This document shows, one piece after another, positions 9,101 through 17,124 of a stretch of 23,545 nt of DNA (positions within the stretch are counted from its first letter, which is position 1; each line of letters starts with the position of its first letter). The notes below the pieces were generated by a model. It saw only the letters and a list, made by a program, of their open reading frames with translations. It was not told the DNA's origin and did no database searches. The DNA is taken from NCBI GenBank assembly GCA_964645535.1, contig CAZYCQ010000004.1, positions 7,229 to 30,773 of the forward strand. Reading direction: 5' to 3'. This DNA comes from an uncultured archaeon (GTDB lineage Archaea; Asgardarchaeota; Heimdallarchaeia; Heimdallarchaeales; Kariarchaeaceae). A program made the translations under genes and the position numbers.

Positions 9101-9340
9101 GCGCAGATAAAGATTGCTGCAAATGAAATTGCTGCTGGCTTCTTCTATTATATCCTTGCGGTTGCTGATGAATTTTCCATCTTTACCATCCTTAAGAATG
9201 GAACAGATACCACCAATTTCCAATTTGGTGTGGCAGGTGCACCAAGTTTGCAAGATATCTCCATTACAAATCCAATGTCCATTGAAATCGTTGCTAAATA
9301 CGAAGACAAACTTGAATTAGATCTGGAGGGGCAAAAATGA
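6152..9340 (+). CDS. Membrane-anchored transglutaminase-like (TgpA-type) protein, catalytically degenerate, with C-terminal Ig-like beta domains
   Basis: Basic N-terminus (RKRRRKR), three TM helices, TGase-core motifs VNMLRSFGIPARVVLGF and HYWVE..W.ILNP (~7620-7835), then beta-rich repeats with TD..G motifs. No Cys in 1062 aa. Confidence 0.8.
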   Translation: MSISEGKSNRKRRRKRGITRRVVDEHGNVIVKRYTRRQSKIRIPGLTARKIPSLMLGLVFGFYAMLAYYESKGVLANSENSLLQYFHEFFLSMNPVVKIFAAGTIGIALSTFFGYAFFTQGFKIKNWGKAFRQLVSILLVILVASSILSPFLTEPGIVRQISDEDFQPRTDEFDLSGLNSPFYDELLNSFLDLLGGLDPDIAYQVVANITPTDSFGLDPTRDIYLFRWQVSETWDPVANDFIKADETTILPFSGFDPGTQSLDPDSLRSFEVDNAYLTAVTSYSQPLVSFWNSEEGATIANTSQFSLKSSNPDIQLSSLDVNNDVNEQPIVNAKFSEASSSGAISFPAWWKAEDVQGISSGAVSLGELESLFGQAPSDRFPSSKLANNGEGISNFWGRNSLPKNYIWADQELGKEDAFTRKYNEFDKIFTESTSVYAAIMTIHTFIQNAVLEAFNNNYLNFDPIEGQGDFAGTTDKGHYFYEAIENNLPWGLREMLPGYVNMLRSFGIPARVVLGFAGGTIDSSKITLQMLNRHYWVEALIPWRDDTGTLHWSWGILNPVPIFSALQSEQIAYGRNALGGGSSLKVDVVTGEESVSGVPIKLQQMGENFQVNISADFSGVPASGQNIQLKLLDDNDQSQLLSGTLPTDLSNFGLDLPSITLNDRGYYLLNGTVDYEGNMTVNGTEVTTIKPININAALNPGLGEPVNGYAILALFGFTYNFTAIAWLKNGTLVASFVGLQTSPIPGVDAPGTVVTPTVQFSIASTLYKADGATQGNEIVGENLTLLLYTQTQYENLDLTSLTDTQGAKTYAEGILDAQTPATQQTDTQGSTQWDITFPLNDPSYPVDDEIYIFIVQWEGSTVFSLPLSVLVSLRAQMDTVSYFNTSVLSSGQTVDTWYSNITLTSLAGVLIDPLPIHGVPVDILLVNKLDFDNAGVTTYSDLQSFLSGQTEGTTFYNLSNPTLHPNVLTLGGVPITDNNGFVQAQIKIAANEIAAGFFYYILAVADEFSIFTILKNGTDTTNFQFGVAGAPSLQDISITNPMSIEIVAKYEDKLELDLEGQK

Positions 9341-12300
9341 GGAAAATGGCAGTTATCATTCTTGTTTTGCTTATTGGACAATTGAACTTTGGTTTCGCTA
9401 ATTTCGTCTATCAAGACAGGAAAGCCTATGACGGCTCCAGTGCTTCGGATGAGTCAAAAGCAATCATTAAAAACCAAATTCTCCCTCCATCAAAAGCGAA
9501 TGAATTACCACAACAAATGATCTCCAAATCTATCAAATCCATTAAAACGATCAATAGCCACCATAGATTTTCATCTTTACACCCCAGCGCAAAGGAACCT
9601 TCTCGTCCTCTGTTTCCAATTAAAGTTGCTGCTACACAGGAAAACCATTCCACCGCTGTTGGCTCAACTCTTTCCATTACTGGAACATTAAAGAGTGGTT
9701 CGGTCCCATGGACGGATGAACCTGTAGTCTTAATTCGTCCTGGATATGCAAATGTAACTGTAACCACAGATTCAGTAACTGGTGATTACCAGTTTGATTT
9801 GACGTATACCATAAATGATATCGGAAGACATAACTACACAGTCTATTTCCCCGGAAATCCTTCTTTGCTTCGGGTTGCGGCAGTTCTGAAGTATGGTGTC
9901 ATTACTGTAACCGATACCATAACCATGAAGGCAACAACTGATCAGGTTACAACAACTGTTCCCCCAAACACAGGATACAATGTCATAATAACCTTTGAAT
10001 TTTCGGATGGCACTCCATTTGATCCCACTGCCGTGAATTTCAAAGATGAATTCAATACACCTTATGATTTTTCCACTTTAGCGCTTAATGTAACAGAAAC
10101 CTATCAAGATACGGGCGGAGGTACTCCTGACACCAGTACTGCACTGAATCAAATTGGACTGCCTGTCTCCTCAGATACGATTACTCTCCCAAGCAATACC
10201 GGGAATCAGATTGCCTCAATGAATATCCTACTGTCTGTTTTCCTGAAAAATTTTGAACCGTTTACGAAAATCTTGACATTTAAATCTGAAACTGATGTGC
10301 AAAATCCCTACATCGTCAATAAACTGATACTGCAAATTGAAGTTGAGTTTGTATTTACTGCATCTTTCTTTATTGATGGAGTTCCCCTTGATGGAAGTAG
10401 GTATTATCGCAACAACCAGAACATTACTGTTTTCGGCCAATTGTCAAATGCTGTTCTTGATCCCTCTTATGTAAGAGGTGTCGGATATACTTGGACCCTG
10501 CAATATGGAACCTCCACAATTGCAGTTCGAAATGGGAAAACAGATGTTAATGGACAACTCCAAGAAACTTTCTTCCTGAACAAGACAACATTCAACAATC
10601 CTCTATTGGATGTTCGCATTACTGTTCAAATTGACACCTCAAATTCAACAATCACCAATCTAAACCCAAGTTCGGTTTCCACATCATTTGGACTTTACGA
10701 ATATATCGCGTCCATTTCCGTGAATTCTCTTCCTTCAACATCTGAAGTTTATGCAAAACAGGGAGATCAATTCGTTGTAAACGGAACCCTGCTGGACGTG
10801 GATAACAAACCTGTAGAAAGTGCAACAGTTAAAATAGAGTTATTTGATTCATTGAATGTTGCTTCTTCTCAGTCATTTTCAGCTTCCACTGATGCCACCG
10901 GTTTCTTCCAAACCATAGTAACACTTCCTGATTTGAGTACAGGAAATGGAAATTTCTCGATATTGACAAGTGTGATTAATGGCTCTTCTCCAAATTCAGT
11001 TTGGTACGTGACTGCCCCACTTAATGCAACCCATGGTTCGTTCAACTTTACCAGGGGCGCTCAGCTTACCGTCCAAAACCTAAATGGTGTTCCATTGGTC
11101 AATGGTGATACAATTGACGTATTCAATATCACCTTTTTCCAACTCCTTCAATCTGATCCCAATTATACAATTTCTGTTGTTGACTTCTTCGGACGTGCAC
11201 CCTTGGGAATGAACGTGAAGGTGGTTGAAACAGGTTCCACTTGGACTGCAAATTCCAATGTGTTTACCGTCAATTCAACAAACAATGGAAACTTTGTCGT
11301 AAAAATAAATGATTTCAGTCAAATTCTGAACTCAACTGGACCGAATGCCGCAAGATTGCTTAATCGGGCTGGAGATTCCTTTGTTTACACGATTGTCCTG
11401 TTGGATTCAAGTGGAGGAACCGCTCAAAGCGTGTCCGAAACCTATCGGATTTATGGATCCGATGAAGAACCCCCTACATTGAATCTCAATTCATTGACAA
11501 TCTTAAATGCAAACACTCCGAATGATGTCAATGTATCTATCGCTCTGGCAGACCCAACTCAGGTTCATAACATAAGGAATGTAACAATCTGGTTCAGGCT
11601 GAGTGTCAATTCAAACGTGAATGATACAACGCCGGATTTCACTGGACAGACATATGAACCTCGTCTCATGATCAATGACACTTTGAATAACAGGTTTTTC
11701 TTTACCTTCAAATTCAACACATCCCAGAATGGCATCTGGATCGACTTTTACATAATTGCATATGATCTGGCTGGAAATGGATTGGATATCAACGGAATTA
11801 CAATAAGACCTCCTGCCTATGATCCATCATATACCTTGTCCTATGATATCCGTACTGATCCAAATTGGTCAAATCAAGGAATATTCAGAATGGGAGATAC
11901 TGCAATCAATCCCATCAATATGGGGACTGATGTCACTGTCAACGGTACACAATTGGGAGCATTTGATGGCAATGTTGACAATGGCTCGACCCTAGTCATC
12001 ATATTCAATGCTCCTTCAGATGCTTCCGGAATTTCTAAGGTCTATATCGTCTATAGGACTCGAACTATTGACCCAATAACATTGCAGGGTGGAGCATGGT
12101 CTGACAATATCACAGCAGAGATGCAGAAAATGAACGATTTCCAGTGGAACTATACTTTTGGGTCAGACCTATTGGTTTGGGGTGTAGAAATAGATTACAG
12201 GTTCTTATATCGTGATTCTTTCGGAAATACGGCAGAAACTGAATTTACCAGTGAGTTATTCTCTGGATCACAAATCAGGCGAAATCCTGTCGTAATAGAT

Positions 12301-13335
12301 GAAACCACACCCACCGTGATTGTAAACCTTGAATCTCCCTATGGTTCAACTTATCCGATTGCAGGAAGGGATGGAAATAACGGAACAGCCTATGAGGTGT
12401 GGACAAATGAGACTGTTAAATTAATTCTGGAAATTAACGACTTTGATGGATCTGGCCTCAAGAATGTAACTGTTCAAATTATCTATTATGATGAAAATGG
12501 AACTTTGATATCAGATACGACGGTTATCCTTTATGAATCTTCAATTTTTGGTGAAGGACAAGCTTTGAATTTAACGTACACAATTCCGACCGATTCCTAT
12601 GCAATCAATGGTTCATTTACTTGGATCGTCAATGCAACAGACAAGTTTGGAAATTCTGCAGTTCTCAATCAAGATGGGATTTCCCTAATAATACGAGAAC
12701 CCCCGACACCTCCGTTGCCTCCTGATCAGACAGTGATTTCAACTGAGATTACAACAACCATCAATGGTTCCGTGGTGACGCTTCAGACATCATTGACCAT
12801 CAGTAATGCAACTACAACCACTCAAGCCAATGATTTCAGAGGGTTAATCATTCTTGGATTTTTCATTTTGGGATTGGTTTTGCTTGTGGTCTACTATAAG
12901 CGTCACACATTCCTTGAATATCTCAGGCGACGAAACCGTGCGAGATTGCTCACCTCCCGATTACAAGACATTACTGATGACATCGTCCGTCTAGCAAAAG
13001 ACGGCAACTATAAGGAGGCTGTTTTACTGATTTGGCAGGCTTTTGAACGAGCTTGTAGAGAGGCATTGCAATCACCACGGAAATACAACATGACAGTGCG
13101 TATGTACGTCGATTATATAGGGACAATTTCTCTTGTCGATCCTCTCATTCTCACAACCTTGGCTCATATCTTTGAAAAGGCTAGGTATGGGAACGAGGAG
13201 ATCACAGAAGATGACTTCAAGGAGGCGTTCAACGCTCTCGAAGTCACAATTCAAACCCTGATTGCCACAGGCGCAAGAAAGGTCATCCTTGAAGACGAGG
13301 ATGAAGACTTCGATATTGGTATCGAAGAAGAATAA
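9337..13335 (+). CDS. Large cell-surface glycoprotein: signal peptide, multiple Ig-like domains, Pro/Thr linker, TM, cytoplasmic DUF4129, acidic tail
   Basis: Signal MRKMAVIILVLLIG; G.L....P.....TD..G-type and D..P..D.SG...D..GN-type repeats (AYDLAGN, YRDSFGN, ATDKFGN); about 35 N-x-S/T sequons; TM at ~12841-12897; DUF4129-like motif MTVRMY..LAHIFEKARYGNEEITEDD; tail EDEDEDFDIGIEEE. ATGA overlap with the upstream gene. Confidence 0.8.
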   Translation: MRKMAVIILVLLIGQLNFGFANFVYQDRKAYDGSSASDESKAIIKNQILPPSKANELPQQMISKSIKSIKTINSHHRFSSLHPSAKEPSRPLFPIKVAATQENHSTAVGSTLSITGTLKSGSVPWTDEPVVLIRPGYANVTVTTDSVTGDYQFDLTYTINDIGRHNYTVYFPGNPSLLRVAAVLKYGVITVTDTITMKATTDQVTTTVPPNTGYNVIITFEFSDGTPFDPTAVNFKDEFNTPYDFSTLALNVTETYQDTGGGTPDTSTALNQIGLPVSSDTITLPSNTGNQIASMNILLSVFLKNFEPFTKILTFKSETDVQNPYIVNKLILQIEVEFVFTASFFIDGVPLDGSRYYRNNQNITVFGQLSNAVLDPSYVRGVGYTWTLQYGTSTIAVRNGKTDVNGQLQETFFLNKTTFNNPLLDVRITVQIDTSNSTITNLNPSSVSTSFGLYEYIASISVNSLPSTSEVYAKQGDQFVVNGTLLDVDNKPVESATVKIELFDSLNVASSQSFSASTDATGFFQTIVTLPDLSTGNGNFSILTSVINGSSPNSVWYVTAPLNATHGSFNFTRGAQLTVQNLNGVPLVNGDTIDVFNITFFQLLQSDPNYTISVVDFFGRAPLGMNVKVVETGSTWTANSNVFTVNSTNNGNFVVKINDFSQILNSTGPNAARLLNRAGDSFVYTIVLLDSSGGTAQSVSETYRIYGSDEEPPTLNLNSLTILNANTPNDVNVSIALADPTQVHNIRNVTIWFRLSVNSNVNDTTPDFTGQTYEPRLMINDTLNNRFFFTFKFNTSQNGIWIDFYIIAYDLAGNGLDINGITIRPPAYDPSYTLSYDIRTDPNWSNQGIFRMGDTAINPINMGTDVTVNGTQLGAFDGNVDNGSTLVIIFNAPSDASGISKVYIVYRTRTIDPITLQGGAWSDNITAEMQKMNDFQWNYTFGSDLLVWGVEIDYRFLYRDSFGNTAETEFTSELFSGSQIRRNPVVIDETTPTVIVNLESPYGSTYPIAGRDGNNGTAYEVWTNETVKLILEINDFDGSGLKNVTVQIIYYDENGTLISDTTVILYESSIFGEGQALNLTYTIPTDSYAINGSFTWIVNATDKFGNSAVLNQDGISLIIREPPTPPLPPDQTVISTEITTTINGSVVTLQTSLTISNATTTTQANDFRGLIILGFFILGLVLLVVYYKRHTFLEYLRRRNRARLLTSRLQDITDDIVRLAKDGNYKEAVLLIWQAFERACREALQSPRKYNMTVRMYVDYIGTISLVDPLILTTLAHIFEKARYGNEEITEDDFKEAFNALEVTIQTLIATGARKVILEDEDEDFDIGIEEE

Positions 13336-13350
13336 AAGGAGCGATAAAAA

Positions 13351-13854
13351 ATGGGACTACTAGATTCGATAATGGGGGCCCTTAAGGGTCTGTTTGGTTC
13401 GAAAAAAGATGGTGCTGCCAATGTCAGGGCTGCAATGGATGCGGTCAAATTGGCAGTCCAAAATGGTGACTATGATGACGCTTCCATCAAGGCTTTCTAT
13501 GCATTTGAAGCCATGGGAACGACATACCTTCAAAAACCTCGAGAAGAGGCACAAACCGCAAGGGAATATCTGGCAGTTCTTCTTGAGGAAGTGAAAATAC
13601 CTCAGGATGAAATGATGCCCTTGGTTTATGCTTTTGAGGTCGCGAAATACAGTCCTGAAAGTGTAACTGCCGATCAATTCCTCAAGGCGGATGAAGCTCT
13701 CAAGCTCTTCGAAGCAAGAGCCAAAGCTGGAGGTGCTGCCAAAGTCAAAGAAAAAGGCGGAGGCAGAAGACCAAAACAAAGGCGGCAACGCGGAACAGGG
13801 ACAGCTGCGAGGCGAAGAAGAAGAAAAGGAAGGCGAGCGCAAAGTGGTGAATAG
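13351..13854 (+). CDS. Stand-alone DUF4129-domain protein with N-terminal amphipathic helix and Arg-rich C-terminal tail
   Basis: DUF4129-like motif QTAREY..LVYAFEVAKYS..VTADQF; N-terminus MGLLDSIMGALKGLFGSKK; tail RRPKQRRQRGTGTAARRRRRKGRR; SD AAGGAG upstream. Confidence 0.75.
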   Translation: MGLLDSIMGALKGLFGSKKDGAANVRAAMDAVKLAVQNGDYDDASIKAFYAFEAMGTTYLQKPREEAQTAREYLAVLLEEVKIPQDEMMPLVYAFEVAKYSPESVTADQFLKADEALKLFEARAKAGGAAKVKEKGGGRRPKQRRQRGTGTAARRRRRKGRRAQSGE

Positions 13855-15619
13855 AGAAGCTCAAAAGGTTTTCGGATGGCTTCAGATCTTGGCCCTGACC
13901 TTCATTTTCGTGGTTGGTGTTGCCCCCATCTTCCTCTCATACACGGGAGAAAGTAATGAGACATTCTCAATTTACAACACCGGTGCCGAAGGTCTTTCAG
14001 TTTTCCGAAATGAACTTGAGCTTCAGACTGTTGGAGGCCAAAACAAATACAATGTCAGTAACCTTGTCAGCAATCTGAATGCACTGAACAGGTTCAATGA
14101 CAGTGGTGTCCTGATGGTCATTGGACCATCTGCACAATATGATCAGACAGAATTCTTTTCCCTGCTTCTATTCCTGCTTAGGGGTGGAAGTCTCGTCATT
14201 GCAGATGATTTCGGTACCGGCAACGATATCCTTGAACCCCTTTTCAAGGCATTTGAAAGTTATGATTCCTTTGTAGAAAACCTGAATAAAACTGCTGGAA
14301 TTCAAATACCGACTTTCAATGAACTTCTTCAAAACTTTACTTCAACAGATGCTGGACAAGAGGAGCAAGCAGCCCTTTCCGGGTCAACTCCAGGGGGTCA
14401 AACTATTCCTGGTGTTGATCTAGGAAGTTCTACACAAACATTGGCAAATGGTCTCTTCAACCTGATTGGTAATGTGCTGAAACGTTTCGGTTTCAACGGA
14501 AGTGTCTTGATGGATGCCGGTAGCAATAATCAAAATCCTAATCGACCAATAATAGTCGATCTTGACGAGACAAATACCCCATATCGAATAACTGAAGGTG
14601 TTTCAAAAATACAGACTGAAATGCCTACAATCATTTCATTGCAACTGAATGTTTCTGTAGATGTGACAGACCCCGTGACTGGTGAAACCAAAAAAGAAGC
14701 TCGAACAGTCTGGCAACCGTTAAGCCGCTTTTCATTATCCCAGATTGCAGGAGGAAGTTTGGGCGATATACCACCAGAACTTGACGCATTCAGACAACTT
14801 GACTTCTTGTTCCCTCTCTATTCATCCAAACAGTCTTGGATAGAAACCGATATCAAAGGTGCTGCCGACAATACTGCCACCCCTGACCTAGATGAATGGG
14901 GAAATGAGGCGTTCAGCTTGGCTCTTACCCTCCCCATCTTCCCCGGTGGTGGAAAAATCGTTTTCATAGCAGATCCGAGCATTTTCATCAATCGGTGGAC
15001 TTCAAAAACCACAGAAAATGACAATCTGAAATTTGCAATGAACTTGGTGGAAATGACTACCCGTCATCTTGAAGACAATGGAAAACCAATTCCCGTGATC
15101 TTTGATTTTGGCCATACTTATCAAAGTCCTACTTCGCCTGCTCTCTATTCGACTGCTCTTCTGAAACTCATTGCCAACCTAAGTATGTTCCCGTTGGTCG
15201 CTCCATTTGTACCCTTTACCGCTTACAGTTTCGGAAAGTTGGTCATCCCCAAGTCTCGAAGATTACGACCTATTCTGCTTACCAAAAGGAGAGGCGAAAA
15301 AGGAGTATCTCAATTTGAGCAGAAACTTCAGGACATCAAGGAATCAGGTGCCTACGGTGAACCAATCAAGCATCTTGTAAACCGATTGGTCAGAACGGTT
15401 CAAAATGATGCTCGATTCAAAGGAAGGTTTGCTAGAGACCCTCGGGAAATGGCCGAATTCTTTGTGGAAAATTTCCCTGGGGCATTCAATCGTAGGGAAC
15501 TTGAAAGAAACCTCAAGACCCTCTACCGATATGCCGAAAATCCCACCAAACGGATGACTCTCATTCAGGCAAAAGTATACTTCACATTATTGAACCGGTT
15601 GCTTTCTTACGTTACATGA
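13847..15619 (+). CDS. DUF4350-domain membrane protein (GATase-like fold)
   Basis: N-terminal TM, FSIYNTGAEGLS, VIGPS..Y, FLLRGGSLVIADDFGTGN, GGKIVFIADPSIFIN..N, FDFGH, a second hydrophobic segment and a cytoplasmic helical C-domain. The start is likely GTG13844 or GTG13847, overlapping the upstream stop, not ATG13691. Confidence 0.8.
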   Translation: MNREAQKVFGWLQILALTFIFVVGVAPIFLSYTGESNETFSIYNTGAEGLSVFRNELELQTVGGQNKYNVSNLVSNLNALNRFNDSGVLMVIGPSAQYDQTEFFSLLLFLLRGGSLVIADDFGTGNDILEPLFKAFESYDSFVENLNKTAGIQIPTFNELLQNFTSTDAGQEEQAALSGSTPGGQTIPGVDLGSSTQTLANGLFNLIGNVLKRFGFNGSVLMDAGSNNQNPNRPIIVDLDETNTPYRITEGVSKIQTEMPTIISLQLNVSVDVTDPVTGETKKEARTVWQPLSRFSLSQIAGGSLGDIPPELDAFRQLDFLFPLYSSKQSWIETDIKGAADNTATPDLDEWGNEAFSLALTLPIFPGGGKIVFIADPSIFINRWTSKTTENDNLKFAMNLVEMTTRHLEDNGKPIPVIFDFGHTYQSPTSPALYSTALLKLIANLSMFPLVAPFVPFTAYSFGKLVIPKSRRLRPILLTKRRGEKGVSQFEQKLQDIKESGAYGEPIKHLVNRLVRTVQNDARFKGRFARDPREMAEFFVENFPGAFNRRELERNLKTLYRYAENPTKRMTLIQAKVYFTLLNRLLSYVT

Positions 15620-15662
15620 ACCTATCGGTTAATTTAATTGAAGAGTAACCTTCCTTTTCATA

Positions 15663-16226
15663 GTGACAGATGATTTAGTCAAAAAATATGGAGACACAAT
15701 TCGAAATCTCCTTTTGGATCTAGGAATCACAAACAAGGAAGTAATCGCCAACACTCCAAAAAGATGGATCAGGTTTTTAGAATCCTATAGTAAACCTCTA
15801 AATTCTGATTTCCACGATTTCAAAACCTTTTCAACAGACAGTGACGACATGGTCATCGCTGAAACTCACTTTTGGTCGATTTGTGAACACCATCTGCTCC
15901 CCTATTTTGGAAAAGTCTTCTTTGGCTATATTCCTCAAGGTGAAGTTTTGGGAATCAGCAAGATTGTCAGATTCATCCAATATGTGGCAAAGCAACCATC
16001 TATCCAGGAAGGATTGACCCAAACCATTGCCGACACTTTGTTCGTGAAATCCGGTGGAAAAGGCGTAATGGTTCTTATCAAAGGCTTCCATACCTGTGTG
16101 GCCTCCAGATACTCAAATGGATGGATGACCACATCTGCCGTTCGGGGAATCTTCCGTGAAAACAAAACTTTGAAGACTGAATTTTTGAACCTCATTCGAT
16201 TGGAAAACACTTCCGTCCTTGAGTGA
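15663..16226 (+). CDS. folE: GTP cyclohydrolase IA
   Basis: Motifs TPKR, SICEHHLLPYFG (Zn Cys/His), GYIP..VLGISKIVR, IQEGLT, HTCVASR and TTSAVRGIF. Confidence 0.92.
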   Translation: MTDDLVKKYGDTIRNLLLDLGITNKEVIANTPKRWIRFLESYSKPLNSDFHDFKTFSTDSDDMVIAETHFWSICEHHLLPYFGKVFFGYIPQGEVLGISKIVRFIQYVAKQPSIQEGLTQTIADTLFVKSGGKGVMVLIKGFHTCVASRYSNGWMTTSAVRGIFRENKTLKTEFLNLIRLENTSVLE

Positions 16227-16269
16227 AATTAGGTGATTGCAATTCCTTTTATTGCTGAAATAACTTTAT

Positions 16270-17124
16270 TTGATTGTGAAACAAATCGTTTTTGCATTTA
16301 CCCTGCTGGCACTTATAGGTTCCTCCATTTTAGGATCAGCACAACAATCCACTACTGTATGGACACCAAGAATCAATTATAGCCTAACATATGCACAGGA
16401 TATCAAACTCAACTTCGGAAATGTCACTCTTGATCAGGCCAACCTCCCAACTTCATTCAACGTCACTGATATGAACAATACGGGATATCGCTATATTCTT
16501 CAAGGCGATCCAAACCAAAAGGAAAAGAGTGTCAATATGCAGATAATGAATATTCCAAACTTTGGGACATTTGAATTGCCAACGGGAGACCTTCCAATTT
16601 TTCTCCCACTCTCATTCAACGGAAAAGAAGATTGGATGGACTCATTTGGCTCTCAGCTTCAGGTACTTGGGGGACTGCTCAATTCTTTAAATGAAAGTGC
16701 TATCTTTTCTTCAAATATCACTATTACAAACAGCGCAATCACCTTCTCCTTAATCAGCAAGTTTGATGAGCTTACTCTTGCCAATGTTTCCGATGATATA
16801 TCTTCATACCTTGATTTTCTTCCTCAGGTTGTATTTGACCAAGATGTTGTTTTCAGAGGGGTTGAGTTCTTTACGAACATCACCTATTCAAAAACCTCTG
16901 GTATAATGGATTCATTCGTAATCGACCTACATTCTGATAATTCAACTGTGAACAACGTCACGTACGTTGATCAAAGCATCTTTCAAAATTTCATTTTTGC
17001 TGCTGTTCTTCCACCATTTGGTTCTACAGGGATTATCGATACAAACTTCCCCTTCTTGATGTCCTTACTGATTGTTCCGATAAGTGTGTCGTTCCGCAAA
17101 ATTAAGAAGAAAACGAATGAATGA
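16270..17124 (+). CDS. Secreted/surface glycoprotein with C-terminal membrane anchor
   Basis: Signal peptide (KQIVFAFTLLALIGSSILGSA), many N-x-S/T sequons and C-terminal NFPFLMSLLIVPISVSF + RKIKKK. The start could be TTG16270 or GTG16276. Confidence 0.7.
   Translation: MIVKQIVFAFTLLALIGSSILGSAQQSTTVWTPRINYSLTYAQDIKLNFGNVTLDQANLPTSFNVTDMNNTGYRYILQGDPNQKEKSVNMQIMNIPNFGTFELPTGDLPIFLPLSFNGKEDWMDSFGSQLQVLGGLLNSLNESAIFSSNITITNSAITFSLISKFDELTLANVSDDISSYLDFLPQVVFDQDVVFRGVEFFTNITYSKTSGIMDSFVIDLHSDNSTVNNVTYVDQSIFQNFIFAAVLPPFGSTGIIDTNFPFLMSLLIVPISVSFRKIKKKTNE

Noticed and set aside
9330-9345. Programmed frameshift or pseudogene break between the two giant ORFs
   Set aside because: Standard ATGA coupling with GGAGG upstream, and the second ORF has its own signal peptide.
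13351-13368. N-myristoylation motif MGxxxS
   Set aside because: The pattern is present, but N-myristoyltransferase is not established in archaea; an amphipathic helix explains the sequence.
13691-13846. Long overlapping N-terminal extension of the DUF4350 gene (dual coding)
   Set aside because: This is an alternative-frame read of the purine-rich Arg/Lys tail of the upstream gene, which naturally lacks stops. GTG13844/13847 gives a typical coupled start just before the TM.
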